This document shows positions 25,001 to 37,064 of a stretch of DNA of 64,000 nt, piece by piece (the first letter of the stretch is position 1; every line of letters starts with the position of its first letter). This DNA is from Hypanus sabinus (lineage: Eukaryota). A program made the translations under genes and the position numbers. The stretch spans positions 160,208,001 through 160,272,000 of the forward strand of contig NC_082713.1 of the NCBI RefSeq assembly GCF_030144855.1. The letters are read 5' to 3'. Under the pieces are notes generated by a model. It was not told the DNA's origin, searched no databases, and saw nothing but the letters and a program-made list of their open reading frames with translations.

Positions 25001-27008
25001 TTCACAGATGTAACTGAGTAAATTCTGGGAATACTTCTGGCAATTATTTTCTTCCATTTTCATAGTTGCAATTTATATGTCAGCAGCAAGTGAAGTTTCT
25101 TTCTGATTTTTCAAATATTGGGTTAAATTTTCCAATGCCTTGTTAATGATGAAATGAGGATTTAAAAAAAAATTAAGGCAGTGATATTTACAATGCACAA
25201 TTAATGAAAGTGTAGCCTGTACATCATTGCACAGAAAAGCAAACCCATTTTCTTCACCTGAGTATTTTTCCTTTTGTACTTAGGTCTTTGTGGAAGTCTA
25301 TAATCTAACCTCTGACCCACACCAGATCAATAATATAGCAAAGACTATAGATCAAGAAATCCTTGAGAAGATGAACCATCGTCTAATGATGTTACAGTCT
25401 TGTTCTGGATCAACATGTCACACGCCTGGGGTATATGATCCAAGGTAAGGAAAAATAGTGCAGCAGTGGTAAACACTAATGCAGTATTTCCATTGCTATC
25501 GACATGCTGCTCGAACAATTACAAATGGGAGAGAGTGACTTCCTGCAGTCCCTTGCTCTGTCTCAGCAATCAATATAGGTAGCCAATGTTTGTGAATAGC
25601 TGCTGTTGCCTGTTTTCTGAATCCAAGTCTTGGGCATTCAGACAGGTGTCCAGATGCAACAGAAGTGGAAATGATTTTTTTATATAGCACCTGCATCTTA
25701 ACTTGGAAGAGGGCTTTGTTTCAGGGTTTGAGGCAAAATGATCAATGGTTGTTACAGAAAATAGAACAGTACAACAGAGTATGGGTCCTGCAGGCCATTG
25801 TGTAGTGCCATATGACATGGGCAGAATGGCCCACTTCTGCTGCACAATTCCATCATGGCTGATCCTGGATCCCACTCCACCCCACAGATGTGCCTTCTTG
25901 CCGTATCCTTTGGTGCCCTGACCGACCAGGAAACTATCAGCTTCTGCCTTAAATATACCCATGGACTTGGCCTCCACCACAGTCTGTGGCAGAGCATTCC
26001 ACAAATTTCCTACTCTATATAAACCTAATCCATGATTAATTTAGCCCTTCACTTCTACACAGCCTATATACCTCCATTTTTTTTCTTGTCCTCTCACACC
26101 TCCCCTAAACTTGTTGTACTCACCTTAAATGTTGTCCTCCTACTATTGCCTATTGCCACCCTGGAAAAAATGTGCCAGCCGTCCACTCTTTGTGTGTCGA
26201 TCTTCTACACCTCTATAATGTTCAGTCACTCCAAAGAGCCGGTCAGCACTCTGTCCTCCACACATCTATAGAAATTTGCCCTATTCTATTATCCTAGTTG
26301 TTCAAGCACAGTTTCTCTCTGTATATATTTTTGCGCTACCAGTAAATCTATTGCAGAGAATGCAGTTGACTGCTGTCATGCAGATCCACCAAGTATCTAC
26401 AAGATGGCTTTCCATGCTCATAATAAATGGACTTCTACTTATTCTACTTTCCAAGGGGAAAAAAACTCTTCAGTTTTTTGCCATTTTCTATCTGGCTTGT
26501 TTTTTTTAATTCAACCTTGTAGTACTCAATGAAACAATTCTGTTATGGTTCTATTGTGGTTTGTATTGTAAATATTAATGATTTTTCCTTTGTATTTTGG
26601 ATTTACACTTGTATATGTGCCTCACCTACAGTACATTAAAGTAAAAATTCTTCATAAATTTCACTCCCGTCCAGCTCGTCTGCCTTTTTTCAGTACATGT
26701 GGCAATTCCCAGCTATTTGAAAGAATGTAATGAAAGAATAGCTGGTACTGCCACATTTGTACATAGATTTGTGTAACTTGACATGTCCGCCACCTTTGGC
26801 TAAGCTGAGAGTTACAGAGCCTTCAGTTCTGATCATTCCATGTATGCAGATTCAATGTGATTGTTGTGCTCATGTTAATGCTACTTTTATTTTGGATCAT
26901 TATTCAATTTAACAAGATTTTATTTTGTATTTTAGGTACCGATTTGATCCTAGACTAATGTTCCATCATGGTTCTGCTGCACCCAAGCTATTGCGTAAAA
27001 TCTTATGA
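6862..27008 (+). CDS. GNS: N-acetylglucosamine-6-sulfatase, spliced CDS join(6862-6996,7506-7565,8270-8476,13153-13218,13553-13651,14937-15104,15508-15590,15677-15795,17034-17137,21728-21829,22427-22537,23329-23439,25284-25444,26936-27008); 1599 nt, 532 aa
   Basis: 14 exons with GT-AG boundaries whose phases close to an open frame ending in TGA. Signal peptide, [21 protein letters not shown] sulfatase motif, [11 protein letters not shown] and C-terminal [10 protein letters not shown] match GNS. Confidence 0.97.
7506..7565 (+). CDS. GNS: GNS exon 2 ([20 protein letters not shown])
   Basis: ttctag| acceptor, |gtgagt donor, 60 nt. Confidence 0.95.
7775..8180 (-). mobile_element. Rex1/Babar-type LINE 3' fragment in GNS intron 2
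   Basis: Same tail and gttcaagagcctgatggttgag motif as 4470-5350. Confidence 0.65.
8270..8476 (+). CDS. GNS: GNS exon 3 ([23 protein letters not shown]...GKYLNE; formylglycine motif)
   Basis: CxPSR sulfatase signature; tag|...|gtaaag; 207 nt. Confidence 0.97.
8708..8795. mobile_element. hAT-like MITE
   Basis: Termini caggtgtcctcaac / gtttgggaacccctg, flanked by related ttctaaag / ttttaaat. Confidence 0.55.
8820..10105 (+). mobile_element. Old CR1 LINE 3' fragment interrupted by an L1 piece
   Basis: [15 protein letters not shown]...SLKVA..VDKV remnants; sequence resumes after 9540. Confidence 0.7.
9098..9540 (-). mobile_element. L1-like 3' end (reverse) nested in CR1
   Basis: Reverse frame [21 protein letters not shown] resembles the fish L1 ORF2 C-terminus; reverse AATAAA and A-rich tail; gcactt repeated at both junctions. 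Confidence 0.6.
10520..12864. mobile_element. Tigger/pogo-like non-autonomous DNA transposon, split by a CR1 insertion
   Basis: Inverted termini cagtagattctgactaactggg / gaccaattaactggaatccaccg. Confidence 0.6.
11185..12765 (+). mobile_element. Young 5'-truncated CR1 LINE (reverse transcriptase, few disruptions)
   Basis: ORFs 11075-11566, 11571-12200 and 12160-12447 with [58 protein letters not shown]. Confidence 0.95.
13153..13218 (+). CDS. GNS: GNS exon 4 ([22 protein letters not shown])
   Basis: ccacag|...|gtaggt; 66 nt. Confidence 0.95.
13553..13651 (+). CDS. GNS: GNS exon 5 ([16 protein letters not shown]...DYLTDLL)
   Basis: gacag|...|gtaagt; 99 nt. Confidence 0.95.
14490..14780 (+). 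mobile_element. Penelope-like element 3' terminal region
   Basis: Pyrimidine-rich tract, degenerate hammerhead, then gatgctgcctgacctgctgagttcctcc. Confidence 0.7.
14937..15104 (+). CDS. GNS: GNS exon 6 ([10 protein letters not shown]...[14 protein letters not shown]...NIHGK)
   Basis: tag|...|gtaaaa; 168 nt. Confidence 0.95.
15508..15590 (+). CDS. GNS: GNS exon 7 ([27 protein letters not shown])
   Basis: aag|...|gtacag; 83 nt, followed by an 86-nt intron. Confidence 0.95.
15677..15795 (+). CDS. GNS: GNS exon 8 ([13 protein letters not shown]...TSDNGYHT)
   Basis: ccttag|...|gtaaac; 119 nt. Confidence 0.96.
15882..16108. mobile_element. Tigger-like MITE with poly-C
   Basis: ta|cagttgtctcccc..cacttttac and taaagtgggggatgcc.ata inverted ends. 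Confidence 0.45.
16505..16725 (+). mobile_element. SINE (5'-truncated)
   Basis: ctgtaaggagtttgtac...ggtttcctccgggtgctccagtttcctccc domain and aataaataaa tail. Confidence 0.75.
17034..17137 (+). CDS. GNS: GNS exon 9 ([25 protein letters not shown]...)
   Basis: tttcag|...|gtatgt; 104 nt. Confidence 0.96.
18470..20660 (+). mobile_element. Decayed CR1 LINE ORF2 fragment in GNS intron 9
   Basis: [40 protein letters not shown] with many frameshifts. Confidence 0.9.
21728..21829 (+). CDS. GNS: GNS exon 10 ([34 protein letters not shown])
   Basis: ctccag|...|gtaggt; 102 nt. Confidence 0.96.
22090..22340 (+). mobile_element. tRNA-derived SINE
   Basis: Same family as 755-1020. Confidence 0.65.
22427..22537 (+). 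CDS. GNS: GNS exon 11 ([21 protein letters not shown]...GPGVT)
   Basis: cgtcag|...|gtaagt; 111 nt. Confidence 0.95.
22750..23050 (-). mobile_element. Penelope-like terminal region (reverse)
   Basis: Reverse complement of the 14490-14780 type. Confidence 0.7.
23329..23439 (+). CDS. GNS: GNS exon 12 ([21 protein letters not shown]...EFDDSE)
   Basis: ctgtag|...|gtgagt; 111 nt. Confidence 0.96.
23785..24350 (-). mobile_element. Rex1/Babar-type LINE 3' fragment
   Basis: Same family as 4470-5350. Confidence 0.7.
25284..25444 (+). CDS. GNS: GNS exon 13 ([20 protein letters not shown]...GVYDP)
   Basis: cttag|...|gtaagg; 161 nt. Confidence 0.96.
25755..26020 (-). mobile_element. CR1 3' end fragments (reverse)
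   Basis: Reverse frame [22 protein letters not shown], a CR1 C-terminal motif. Confidence 0.75.
26936..27008 (+). CDS. GNS: GNS exon 14 coding part ([23 protein letters not shown])
   Basis: ttttag| acceptor, TGA at 27006-27008. Confidence 0.93.
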
Positions 27009-29050
27009 GATCTATTTGTCAGTTGTCATTGTGATATGCCATCTCCCTTCTCTGTGGGGCCAGGACTAAACAGAGGAATTTTTTGTTTTCCTTCCTACAA
27101 TCTCCTTCATTCTATCAAAAATGTGCTTTCCATGTCTTCAAAAACAAGTAATGAGAAATTTTAATACTTTTAGTTTAGTTTCATCAGCTATTTATTTGTG
27201 AGAACTATCGTCTTTAAGTTAAAGGAATGTGTGCATATAATCACTCAAGCGAAATATGACCCAAATCAGACAGTTGGGCTTCTGATCTCTTTGCATGAAC
27301 TGTTATCTGCCAACCAGCAGCTACCGCATCCTCTTTGCTGGGTACTGCGTTTCCTTGCCAGTGAAGTCCCTGCATTTGAACACCATGACATGGGCAGTTT
27401 GCATATATATCCTGCACAAACTTTGTTGTAAAGGAACAAGCTATAGACGGCAGGGAATTGAAGTGAATTCTGCTCCACGGTGATAGAATCTTCATTTTTA
27501 TGCTCAGGAGGCAGATAATTGATTTTTTTTAAAAAATCTATTCAGAATTTAATTTGTTGCCTTTGCCATTCCCTGTCTTGGAATGGAACAAACTATTCAA
27601 TGCTGAAGAATGATAAATAATTTCCTTCTAGCATTTTTGGGCTCAGACTGGTGCCAGTGGAATAAATTCACCTGAATTGGAATGAACATTCCCCAGTGTT
27701 AAATACTCTGTTTTAATCTTGGGCACAATGGCACTATTTCTGTTCTACCCCAGTTGATTTTTGTTTTTATTATCAACCGCAGATCATTAACGGACTCCAC
27801 TGTTTGTAGGCTACAAGATTTCTCAATCTCTTGGTTGTGGCTCTTTGTGTTGCATCCTTAAAAATGGAAAGAATGTTGTATTTTTAAGTCATATTGCCAC
27901 CAATTGGCTAGCTTGCCTGTTCTTTGATTCTTTTGTTAGGGAATTGTGGATAAGTAAATTACTTAGTATTGTCAAGTTTACTTCCAATATGCATCATACA
28001 ATATTTTTTTAAAGATGGAAATGTTGTGTTATTAAGCTTGAAATATTCCAACAGGTTCAGAAACTTATCTATAAAACCTGATTTCAATAGAATGAAATGG
28101 AGATTACTTTCAAATGACATAATTCAAATAATTGCACTGAAGGATTTGGGGTCCCCACTTAGTCATCAAACCTGCTGGATCTCTGCTGTTGTGCATTCTT
28201 CTTCCCAGCTGAACATGAGAAAGATTTACCACTGAAAGTGGCTATTCATTGCTTACAAAATATGACAAGAATGGCAGCCGTATCCACCATCCTTGTTAAC
28301 CTGCCATTTGGCTATCAAAATACCTCCATATTTTTGTCTATCAAGTGTTGGCTAAATGATCAATTGTACACTAAACCTAACCACTTAATATAGTATCCTG
28401 CACTGTTGTATAAAACTATCAGAATATCTTGTCTTTATATTCAAGGGTGAAATTTTTTTTTGATGTTTTACACTTGTGTTAGTATTTTTAAGTGTTGTAA
28501 AAGGCTTGATAATTATGTTAAAGTGCAAACTAATTCTGGGTGGAATGATAAAGCAATGCAAATTGTCTGAAGTTTAAACAAAACAACTAGGCTTTTCACT
28601 GGCATAAATATTTAGTGTATGATTGGCATTAGGCATCTAAGTTTTTGTGCATTAGTGAATAAGTTTAATTATCGATGCTTGAGGACTTGGGTTAAACCAC
28701 GGAAAGGCATATCGTAAGTAATCAAGCAGTTAAAGAGCAAGCATCCGACTTGCCCTGTAATACCAGGGCTCAGAAAGCAATTTGCACAGTATTGCGTTAC
28801 TGATTACAAATCCCTTGTATTCAGTCCTAAACTAAGATTTCCTTTTATTTCCCTAAACCAGTATATCATACAGTTTGGATAACTATTTGTACAAATATTA
28901 GTATTAGGGAGGTTTAGACCTGAGGCACTTGTAATGCTGGTTTGAATTGAGATTTCATGCTTTTTCCAAAGATGAGTTAAGTGCCCTTGATTGTATTTTT
29001 GAGACTGTATGCGTGTTTATGATGGCTGAATTCAAATCTTGCACTTATTT

Positions 29051-29056
29051 AATAAA
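29051..29056 (+). terminator. Probable GNS polyadenylation signal AATAAA (alternative at 27661-27666)
   Basis: AATAAA at the end of ~2 kb of repeat-free AT-rich sequence after the stop, followed by T-rich sequence. Confidence 0.5.
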
Positions 29057-31549
29057 CTACTTTACAATTTCAAGCTTTGATTATTTAAATCCTCCCATCC
29101 CACTACTGCTACTTTAAAAAAATTTAGAGCTTTGTAGTCAATGGCACCCAAAAAGCAAGAAAATGCCCCCTCATAAGGTTCAGTTCTATAATTAGTCCTG
29201 TGCCTCACCTGCATGTTTTCATGGGGGGGGGGGGGTAGATTTCAGTATTTATATATAGAAAAAGTTTTTTTTTAAATAAGGCAGCCTTGCATGGAATGTA
29301 ATTATGATATTCTTAATTGTAATTTGACCTTTTCAATAGCTTAAAGATTGTACTTGTCCTTTTTGGTTCAGCCTTGTCTTTAGTTGCCTTCCTGCTGGAA
29401 TGTGATAAACAGCAGTAGAAGCCTGCTTTGCAATATTAAGGAATCAGAATCAGGTTTAATATCACCTGCATATGACATGAAATGTGTGAACAAATTTCAA
29501 ACGGTGCAATCCCAATGTAAGTGAACAAATTCCTTGCAGGAATTTGATGTAGCTTTGTTTCTTTTAGAATAATGTTATTTCGGGGAAGAAAGGTTTAGCA
29601 GTTTCCTTCAGTTTTTAAAGCAAACTTGAAAGTTTCCCTTGAGTAGAAATTGTAGGAACTGTTCAGATCTATAGTTTTTCCCTGCATTTTCTATTTTATT
29701 TCAGACTTCTAGCATCTGCTGTTTCTTCACCCCCCCTCCCCCCCCAATGTCTATAGTATGGTCAGATCCCATAGTGTAGTAAATTAATTTTATAAGAATT
29801 AGTATATTAAAACCCTTTTAGAATTAGTAGATTTTGTTAGATTATTAACTACTTGATTGTATCAGTAGATGGTAGACCCACCAATTATTCAAGGAAAATA
29901 CAAGTTTATCTACATGGGTTCAGTATGGTCAAGTATTTTGTAGCCATAATTTACTCATGAGAAATATCAAATCCAATTCTGATGGATGGGAAGATGAATA
30001 CATTGTTGCTAATCTGTTTGTAATTCAAGTGAGGTTAACCAGGAGAATGATATTCCATCCATTACTGCAATCTGAATTTTCTGACCACAAAAAAGCCTCT
30101 TGTTTTAAAAGAAAATTTGCACAGATAATGATATATTAAGAATAGAGAGGTCAGTTGTTAGTTTACAAATGGATCATTAAAATTTGCACTAAAGATCAGC
30201 AAGGCTCTGGAGTGGGTGGGGGTGTAGGGAGAAGCATGTATTGAGCTATTTCCAGAGCAATAGGATTGGGAGGGCGGGGGGGGGGGGGGGGGGGGGAAGG
30301 AATTTGCACTAATCTTGTATAGAGCATTAATTTGACCATACTTGCAGAATACTATTTATTATCCATTCCTAATTGCCCTCAAAAAGTAGTGGTAAGCTGT
30401 CCTCTGGAGTCACTGCTGTTCTTCTAGTCCAGGTACAAGGTGGTCCATGGTTTAGACCCAGAGTATTGAAAACTGGATGGCAGTATGTTGGAGGGGAACC
30501 AGTGGGCAGTGGTTTCCCATATGCTTGTTACCAAAGTTCAAGTACATTTCTTATCAAAGCATGTATACTTTATACAACCTTGAGATTTGTCTGCTTAGAA
30601 GCAGCCATGAAAGAACTCCCAATAGAACCCAGTAAAAAGACCATCAAGAGAGGAGAGGAAAAAACAAATTGTGTGGGGGAAAAACAAAGAATTGAACAAC
30701 ATTCAGATCTGTTTGCAGCCAATTCCGAAGACTACTAGGTGCAGGACACAGCCTCGGTCCAACGCAAGAGTTGAGTAAACCCGACGTAACAGCGAGCTGA
30801 ATGGCCCATTGCTCACTTCCAACCCTGACTGTTTCAATCTGCGCTGGCGTTTAAAATCAGCCAGACCTCAGCTTGTTTCCCTGCCCACAGGGTTGGAGTC
30901 TGTTGCCTCGATATGACCAGTACCTGGCCTTTCCAGCTCAATCTTAAATGGTTCAAACCTTGGATCTTTTCTTGCCTCTGCTCTGCTGCATTGAATTACA
31001 CAACCTTTCCCATTTGACCTGGCTCTTAAATCATTGTGCTTGGGAATAAAGATTACCGGTTTGGTCGTTGTCGTCTGAGTAGTCATGGTGATTAAATGCA
31101 GTTCAATTTGTAGGTGGTACACACTATAGCTGCTCCACACAGGTAAATAATCTGGATAACCATCTTGCATCAATAACTCATAACTAGGCTTTTCCTACAT
31201 GCAGAAAGAAATGGTTTTATTTATCAAAGCTTTTTTTGTCCTGAAAGGCTTCAATTCAGCTTTCTCTCAAAGAGTGCTATTCTGTTCATTGATTTCCTAA
31301 CAAACATATTTCTGATATCATCGTACATCCTGTTCTCGCCATTATTTCCACCATGTATGTCTGTATATTAATATACAGTACACAAATTATAGCCATTCAG
31401 ATCCTGGAAATGCCAATTTTGAAACATTTTGCTGGTTATTAAAAATAAAACTTATTGTAGCATGAACTGCAAGACAACCAACTGCTAAGGCTGCAGAATT
31501 TATTTTACAATAGTTATGAACTAATTTGGCAAAATTAGTTTTTTCAACT

Positions 31550-31815
31550 TTATCTATTTATTGAGATTCAGTACAGCATAGACCCTTTGAGCTATGGTGC
31601 CCAGCAACCCCTAATTAATTAACCCCTAATTAATTAACAATGGCCAATTAATGTACCAACTTGAACGTCTTTGGATGGTGGGAAGAAACTATAGCACCTG
31701 GAGGAAACCCATGCAGTCGGGGAGAATGTACAAACTCCTTACAGGCAGCGGTGGGAAATGAAGCTGGGTCACTAGTACTGTAAAGCTTTGTGCTAACCAC
31801 TACACAACCGTGCCA
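31550..31815 (-). mobile_element. tRNA-derived SINE (reverse)
   Basis: Reverse complement of the SINE head and central domain. Confidence 0.75.
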
Positions 31816-32306
31816 TCTCAATATCTCAACGTGTATGAATATTCTCATATGCAAAAATCTGCACAGCATGCTGCTCATTTGACTACATGTGTATCTTCAT
31901 GTTAGCAAACTGTCTGTTCACTTCCCTGATTCTACAGTAGTAACAAAGCATAGTGAATGTGGTTATGGTTACAATAGTTAACCGGAAGAAAACACTTAAA
32001 ACATTCAATGGATAATATATTAAGAATAATTGACTTTAAGCTACCTGTTTAGATTAGATATCAATCTCTGAATAAGTGACGTATACTAACTTTGAGTGTG
32101 TTTTTTGGGAGGAAATGTAACCAGAGAGTGCAGTTACAGAGACCAGTTGACATTTCACATTATTATTAATATGAGTAGTCTTTAGATTAATAGAATAGGA
32201 ATGCCTGTTGGTGTTACATATTCTGCAATATCATGGATGGGGTGGGAATAAAAGCACTTGAGGAAATATAACAGGAGATTATATTCAAATCTATAACTTC
32301 CAGTGA

Positions 32307-32867
32307 CTATACTGTGTAAAAGTCCTAGACACATTTATCAATGTGGAGCGGAGACCAGGTTTGTAAATCTAGCAGGAGTAAAGACTGATGGGGATGGTAA
32401 TATGGGACAGATGGCAGAGGAGTACCAGGGGTGGGGGTGGCACAGGTTCAGATACACCCAGCCCTGAGCCAGCAGGCAATGTCATTTGATTCCAAACAAT
32501 TGGTTTATTGATCATCATGGAATATCTCTCTGGAGCTTCCTGTTCCCTCCACTTTTCCTTCCCCACCCTCAGTCCACAATAGAGATGCATATCAGAATCA
32601 GGTTTATCATCACTCATATACGTCAGGACTTATTTTTGTTGCAGCAGTACAGTCATAGCAAAGTACAGCACAGAAACAGGCCTATTCTGCCTGTCTAGTC
32701 TGTGCCAAACCAAAGAAACTGCCTACTCCTATCGACCTGCACTGGTATCATTGCCCTACCATCCATGTACCTATCCAAACTTTGCTTACATAAGTTACTA
32801 AAGTTCTGTGCAAAGGTCTTGGGCATCCTAGCTATATGCATGAACCTAAGACTTTTGCACAGTACTG
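32307..32867. mobile_element. Tc1-like MITE/composite repeat
   Basis: Ends tactgtgtaaaagtcctag / cctaagacttttgcacagtactg resemble the TIRs of 50019-51473. Confidence 0.5.
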
Positions 32868-34303
32868 TATAGTGAACAAGGGTCATACAGGCAAGCTTAA
32901 TAGAGCTGTTAGTGTACAGGTCACATTATCTTGGAAAATGGTCAAGGAAGACTTCTGTTTTTATTTTAGGCTCTTGTAAGTCTACCTAACCAAAGCCTTC
33001 TATTTTCTACAAGTTTTAGTTATTTTTAATGATCCATTCAGGAAGACTGAGCCATTAAATTTGATGTGGTAATGTTATCTTTTCTGGGGCATATCATTTC
33101 CTTTTGTGACTCCAGCACAAAAAAAAGGAGATAGGGCTGTCAGATTCTACTAGGTAGACAGGGACTGGACCATGAGAGTTTGGAGAAGGCCACTGTAGAC
33201 TGGCATGTACCAGTTGAGATGCAGGATCAACTAACAAAGGTTTCCTGTTTGAATATACCAATTATGATACCAAATAAAGGTATAAACTCTGAGCATTGCA
33301 AAGCTCTGGTGGTCGTTTCCCCTATCTAACCAGGGATGAATTAGGAGTCTGCTGAAGCCTGGAGCACGTTACCTATATCTTGAAACTGTGTGTGACAGGA
33401 TGATAACCATGACTTGACAGTAGAAGATACATTAAATTTTAAATTGTTGCAATATGCCGTGCAGTGCATTTTTAACCATGCAAGAAGAGCTCTGCCTTCC
33501 AGATGTAGAACCATTACAACCCGAATCTACCCAACCCCCCCCCCCCGCCGTTTAGTAATGACATCATCTTAATTGGATTCAAACCACTAGAATAGTTTTT
33601 TTAAACTGTAAGATTAGATACCCTGAAGAACGTTTGTGTAGATAAACCTTGCGATTGTTTTGTCTTGGGTAATATGCTGTGTCTCTTTGCTGCCCTTGTG
33701 CAATTTCCTACTATAAACTACATTTAGTTCAGCTGAGGCACCCTGTGTATAGGGAGAATATCTGAGAAAACAGATGTTCATTGCACCAGGCTATAGCACC
33801 TTGTGTTTCATTTCTCCTCTCCTGTCCCTCCCTATGACTTCCCCTTCAAACCAGTCACAACTGTTTTGCCACAAGGCTTCTACAATCTCTGTGAAATCAA
33901 CACTGATATATTTCCAACTCCCTAACCAATGGCTTCTCTTTACTATTGGAATGGAGCCATGGAAATTGTGTGCTCTGCACAATGTATAATAATTGCCACC
34001 TGTGATGACATCACTCTCTCCTATCCAAATGTGTGAGATAAATTGAAGTAAGATATTTTGGACTATGGAAATCTGTAAATAAAGCAGAAAACGCTGGAAG
34101 TAATCTGGTCCTGCTGAGTATTTCCACTATTTTCTTCACTATCTACAAGATTTAAATCTTACAGTATGTTTACAAAGGAAATAAAATTCAATAAATGGTT
34201 TGAGATTTTCAGTGTGATTCTTGGTTCTGCTTGTGCTTTTGGTCTGAATAAACTGCAAGGATTTCTTTACACCAAATGTGACTTTTAAGTTTAGCCTAAA
34301 TAT

Positions 34304-34640
34304 ACCCTTCGTCCAAGAGGACCACAACCTGTGGTAGGGTTTGGAGGCTTGTGTGCCTCAATGACCCAGAGAGCTATGCTGGCTAGAGTCAGGATCACCC
34401 ATGCCGAACAGGTCAAAGGGTAAAGGCCAGACCAAGAGTGGTCCACTGGTCCTCCAGGTTCTGGTGTTCGCCTCAGGGCCAACAACCCTGACTGATCAAT
34501 CAAAACTATTATGGAAACAGCAAGAAGAATCCCTCAACGTCTGTGTGTGACAGTATTCCTGAGTCTCCACCAGGGACTTGTATGACTGACAGTAAACTAC
34601 TGCACGATGAATGAAGCTGTGAATGCCACCAAAGGAGGTG
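34304..34640 (+). mobile_element. RTE-clade retrotransposon 5'UTR-like fragment
   Basis: ggaggcttgtgtgcctcaatgacccagagagctatgc...gaccaagagtggtccactgg resembles RTE/BovB 5'UTRs (recalled). Confidence 0.55.
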
Positions 34641-36169
34641 CAAGACGCTCCCTCTGTCAGATAGCCTGCAGGTCACCCTTGGGCCAGTTTTAGCAACTCC
34701 TTAGCCCCCCACGATCAGGGCCAGGTAGAGCACATCACAAGCTCTGTTTATGCAACCACAGATGCCAGGCAGGCAATCTCTGAAGAGTGTTGACAACAGC
34801 TGGGGTCACCCGTCTTGTAAAGACTCTGTCCAGACACAGTAGCGAGGTGGTTAGTGTAACACTATTACAGGGCCAGCCATCCAAGTGCAAGTTCCCCACT
34901 GCCTGTAAGGAGATTGTACTGTGTATTCTCCCCATGACCGCATGGGTTTCCTCCAGCTGGTCACATGGGTATAATTGGGCAGCGTAGGCTTGTTGGGCCA
35001 GAAAGGCCTGTTATAGTGCTGTATCACTTCATAAATAAAAAGGGGGGAATTAAGGGTTATGGGGAAAAGGCAGGTAGGTGGATATGAGTTCATGGGCAGA
35101 ACAGCCATGATCTTATTGAATGCCGCCATTGAATGGCAGGCTTGATTCTAGGTGGCCTACTCCTGATCCTATTTCTTATGGTCTTATGCCTTGTCCTGAA
35201 GCAGGGCCTTGGCCTGAAACAGCGACTGTTTGTTGGTTGACATAGTTGCTGCATTCCCTTCTGAGTTCCTCCAGCATTTTGTGTGTGTTGCTTTGGAAAT
35301 ATATTAATGACCTTCTTTGTCACTGAGTCTAAGTCTAAATCTTGGAACTTTCAATCTAAAAACAGGGCAGCAGTTCAAAAACATGAGTCACTACCACCTT
35401 TCCCTTTGTTACGGACAATTCAAGTTGAAAGTACATTTATTATAAAAGTATAAATGCAGTGTACAACCCCGAAATTCTTCCGCACAAACAGCAACAAAAC
35501 AAAGAAAAAAAATTAGCCAAAAATGCAGAATATAAAACACCAACCCACAAAGTCATTGAAAGCACCCAGGCATATTCAGTTCAGTTTAATCTCGTGCTGT
35601 GTCATTCTTTACATGCAGTCTGCCCCGATCAAAATAGCAACAGAAAAAAAGCAGCAACCAAGAACCAGAAACAAATCATAACATAAACTACAAAGTCCAA
35701 TCCACAAACTGCATTGATTAAACCTAGCCCAAGACCCAGGACTCCAGTGATCACACCCAGACAGAGAAGCCATTAGGGATGGGCAATGAATCGCCAACAA
35801 TGCCAAAACGTATATAACCTTGTACAGAATGTAACACCCACAATGCCAAATTAAACTCATCCTATCTGACTGCACATGGTCTATGTTCCTCTATTCCCTG
35901 CATGTCTTAATGTCTCTGAAACATTACTGTCATATCTGCTTCCTCCGTCTCCTCGGACAGCACATTCCCAGCACCAGCTGATCTCGATGAAAAAAAACCT
36001 GCCTTGTAAATCTTCTTCAAACTTTTCCCCTCTGACCTTTAAATGATGTCATCTGGTATTTGACATCCACCCTGCCTATGCTCTCATAATTATAAATTCC
36101 TTATCAAGTGTGTGTTCAGCCTCTGCTTATAGTGAATACTCTCTAATCCAGGCAACACCTAGAACAAAA

Positions 36170-36760
36170 CTAGAGAAAATCTGCAGATGCTGGAAATCTG
36201 AGCAACACACTCAAAATGCTGGAGGAACTCGGCAGGCCAGGCAGCATCTGTGGAAAAGAGTAGACGTTTCAGGCCAAGGCCCTTTGGCAGGACGGGAGAT
36301 AAGCTGAGAAGTAGATTCGAAAGGTGGGGGGAGGGGAGAGAGAAACACCAGGTGACAAGTGAAGGGAGAGGAATGAAGTAAAGAGCTGGGAAGTTGATTG
36401 GTGAAAGGGACAGAAGGCCATGGAAGAAGCAAAAGGGGAAGGAGCACCAGAGGCAGGCGATGGGCGGGCAAGGAAGTGAGGTGAGAGAGGAAAAAGGGGA
36501 CGGGAGCATTACCAGAAGTTTGAGAAATCAATGTTCATGCCATCAATTTGGAGGCTACCCTAATGGAATATAAGGTGGTGTACCATCTGTCACCTTGTGT
36601 TTCTTTCTCCCCTGCCCCACCCCACCAGTTTTTAAATCTACTCCTCAGCTTTTTTCCTTTAGTCCTGCCAAGGGATTTCATCCCGAAACATCGACTGTAC
36701 GCTTTTCCATAGATGCTGCCCGGCCTGCTGAGTTCCTCCAGTGTTTTGTGTGTGCTGCTA
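36170..36760. mobile_element. Inverted pair of Penelope-like termini (36170-36575 reverse, 36580-36760 forward)
   Basis: Reverse frame GSLQIDGMNIDFSNFW (Penelope ORF C-terminus); mirrored gatgctgcc/ggcagcatc blocks. Confidence 0.75.
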
Positions 36761-37064
36761 ACATCTCTTCTGCACCTATGGTCTGGAGGGGCAGAAGGGC
36801 CTGTTTCTTTGCTGTGGTGCTCTATGACTCTGTCAAGCCTCCACAGCCTACCTGTAATGCACAAACTGCAACTGCAAACTCCAAATGTGGCTGGACCAAG
36901 GTATTATACACCGGCAACATGACTTACCATTCCACTGTACTCACCTGATGAAAATAGGCATGCTATACACATTCCTTCCCAACTTATCTGTTGTGTTGTG
37001 ACTTTCAGGAGCCCACGGAATTAGGATGGTGGTGAATATTTGTAGCTCGGGCTGGGGCATTTGC

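Noticed and set aside
33150-33240. Possible exon (GLDHESLEKATVDWHVPVEMQDQLTK) between GNS and RPS16
   Set aside because: Weak splice sites, no partner exons and no recognised homolog.
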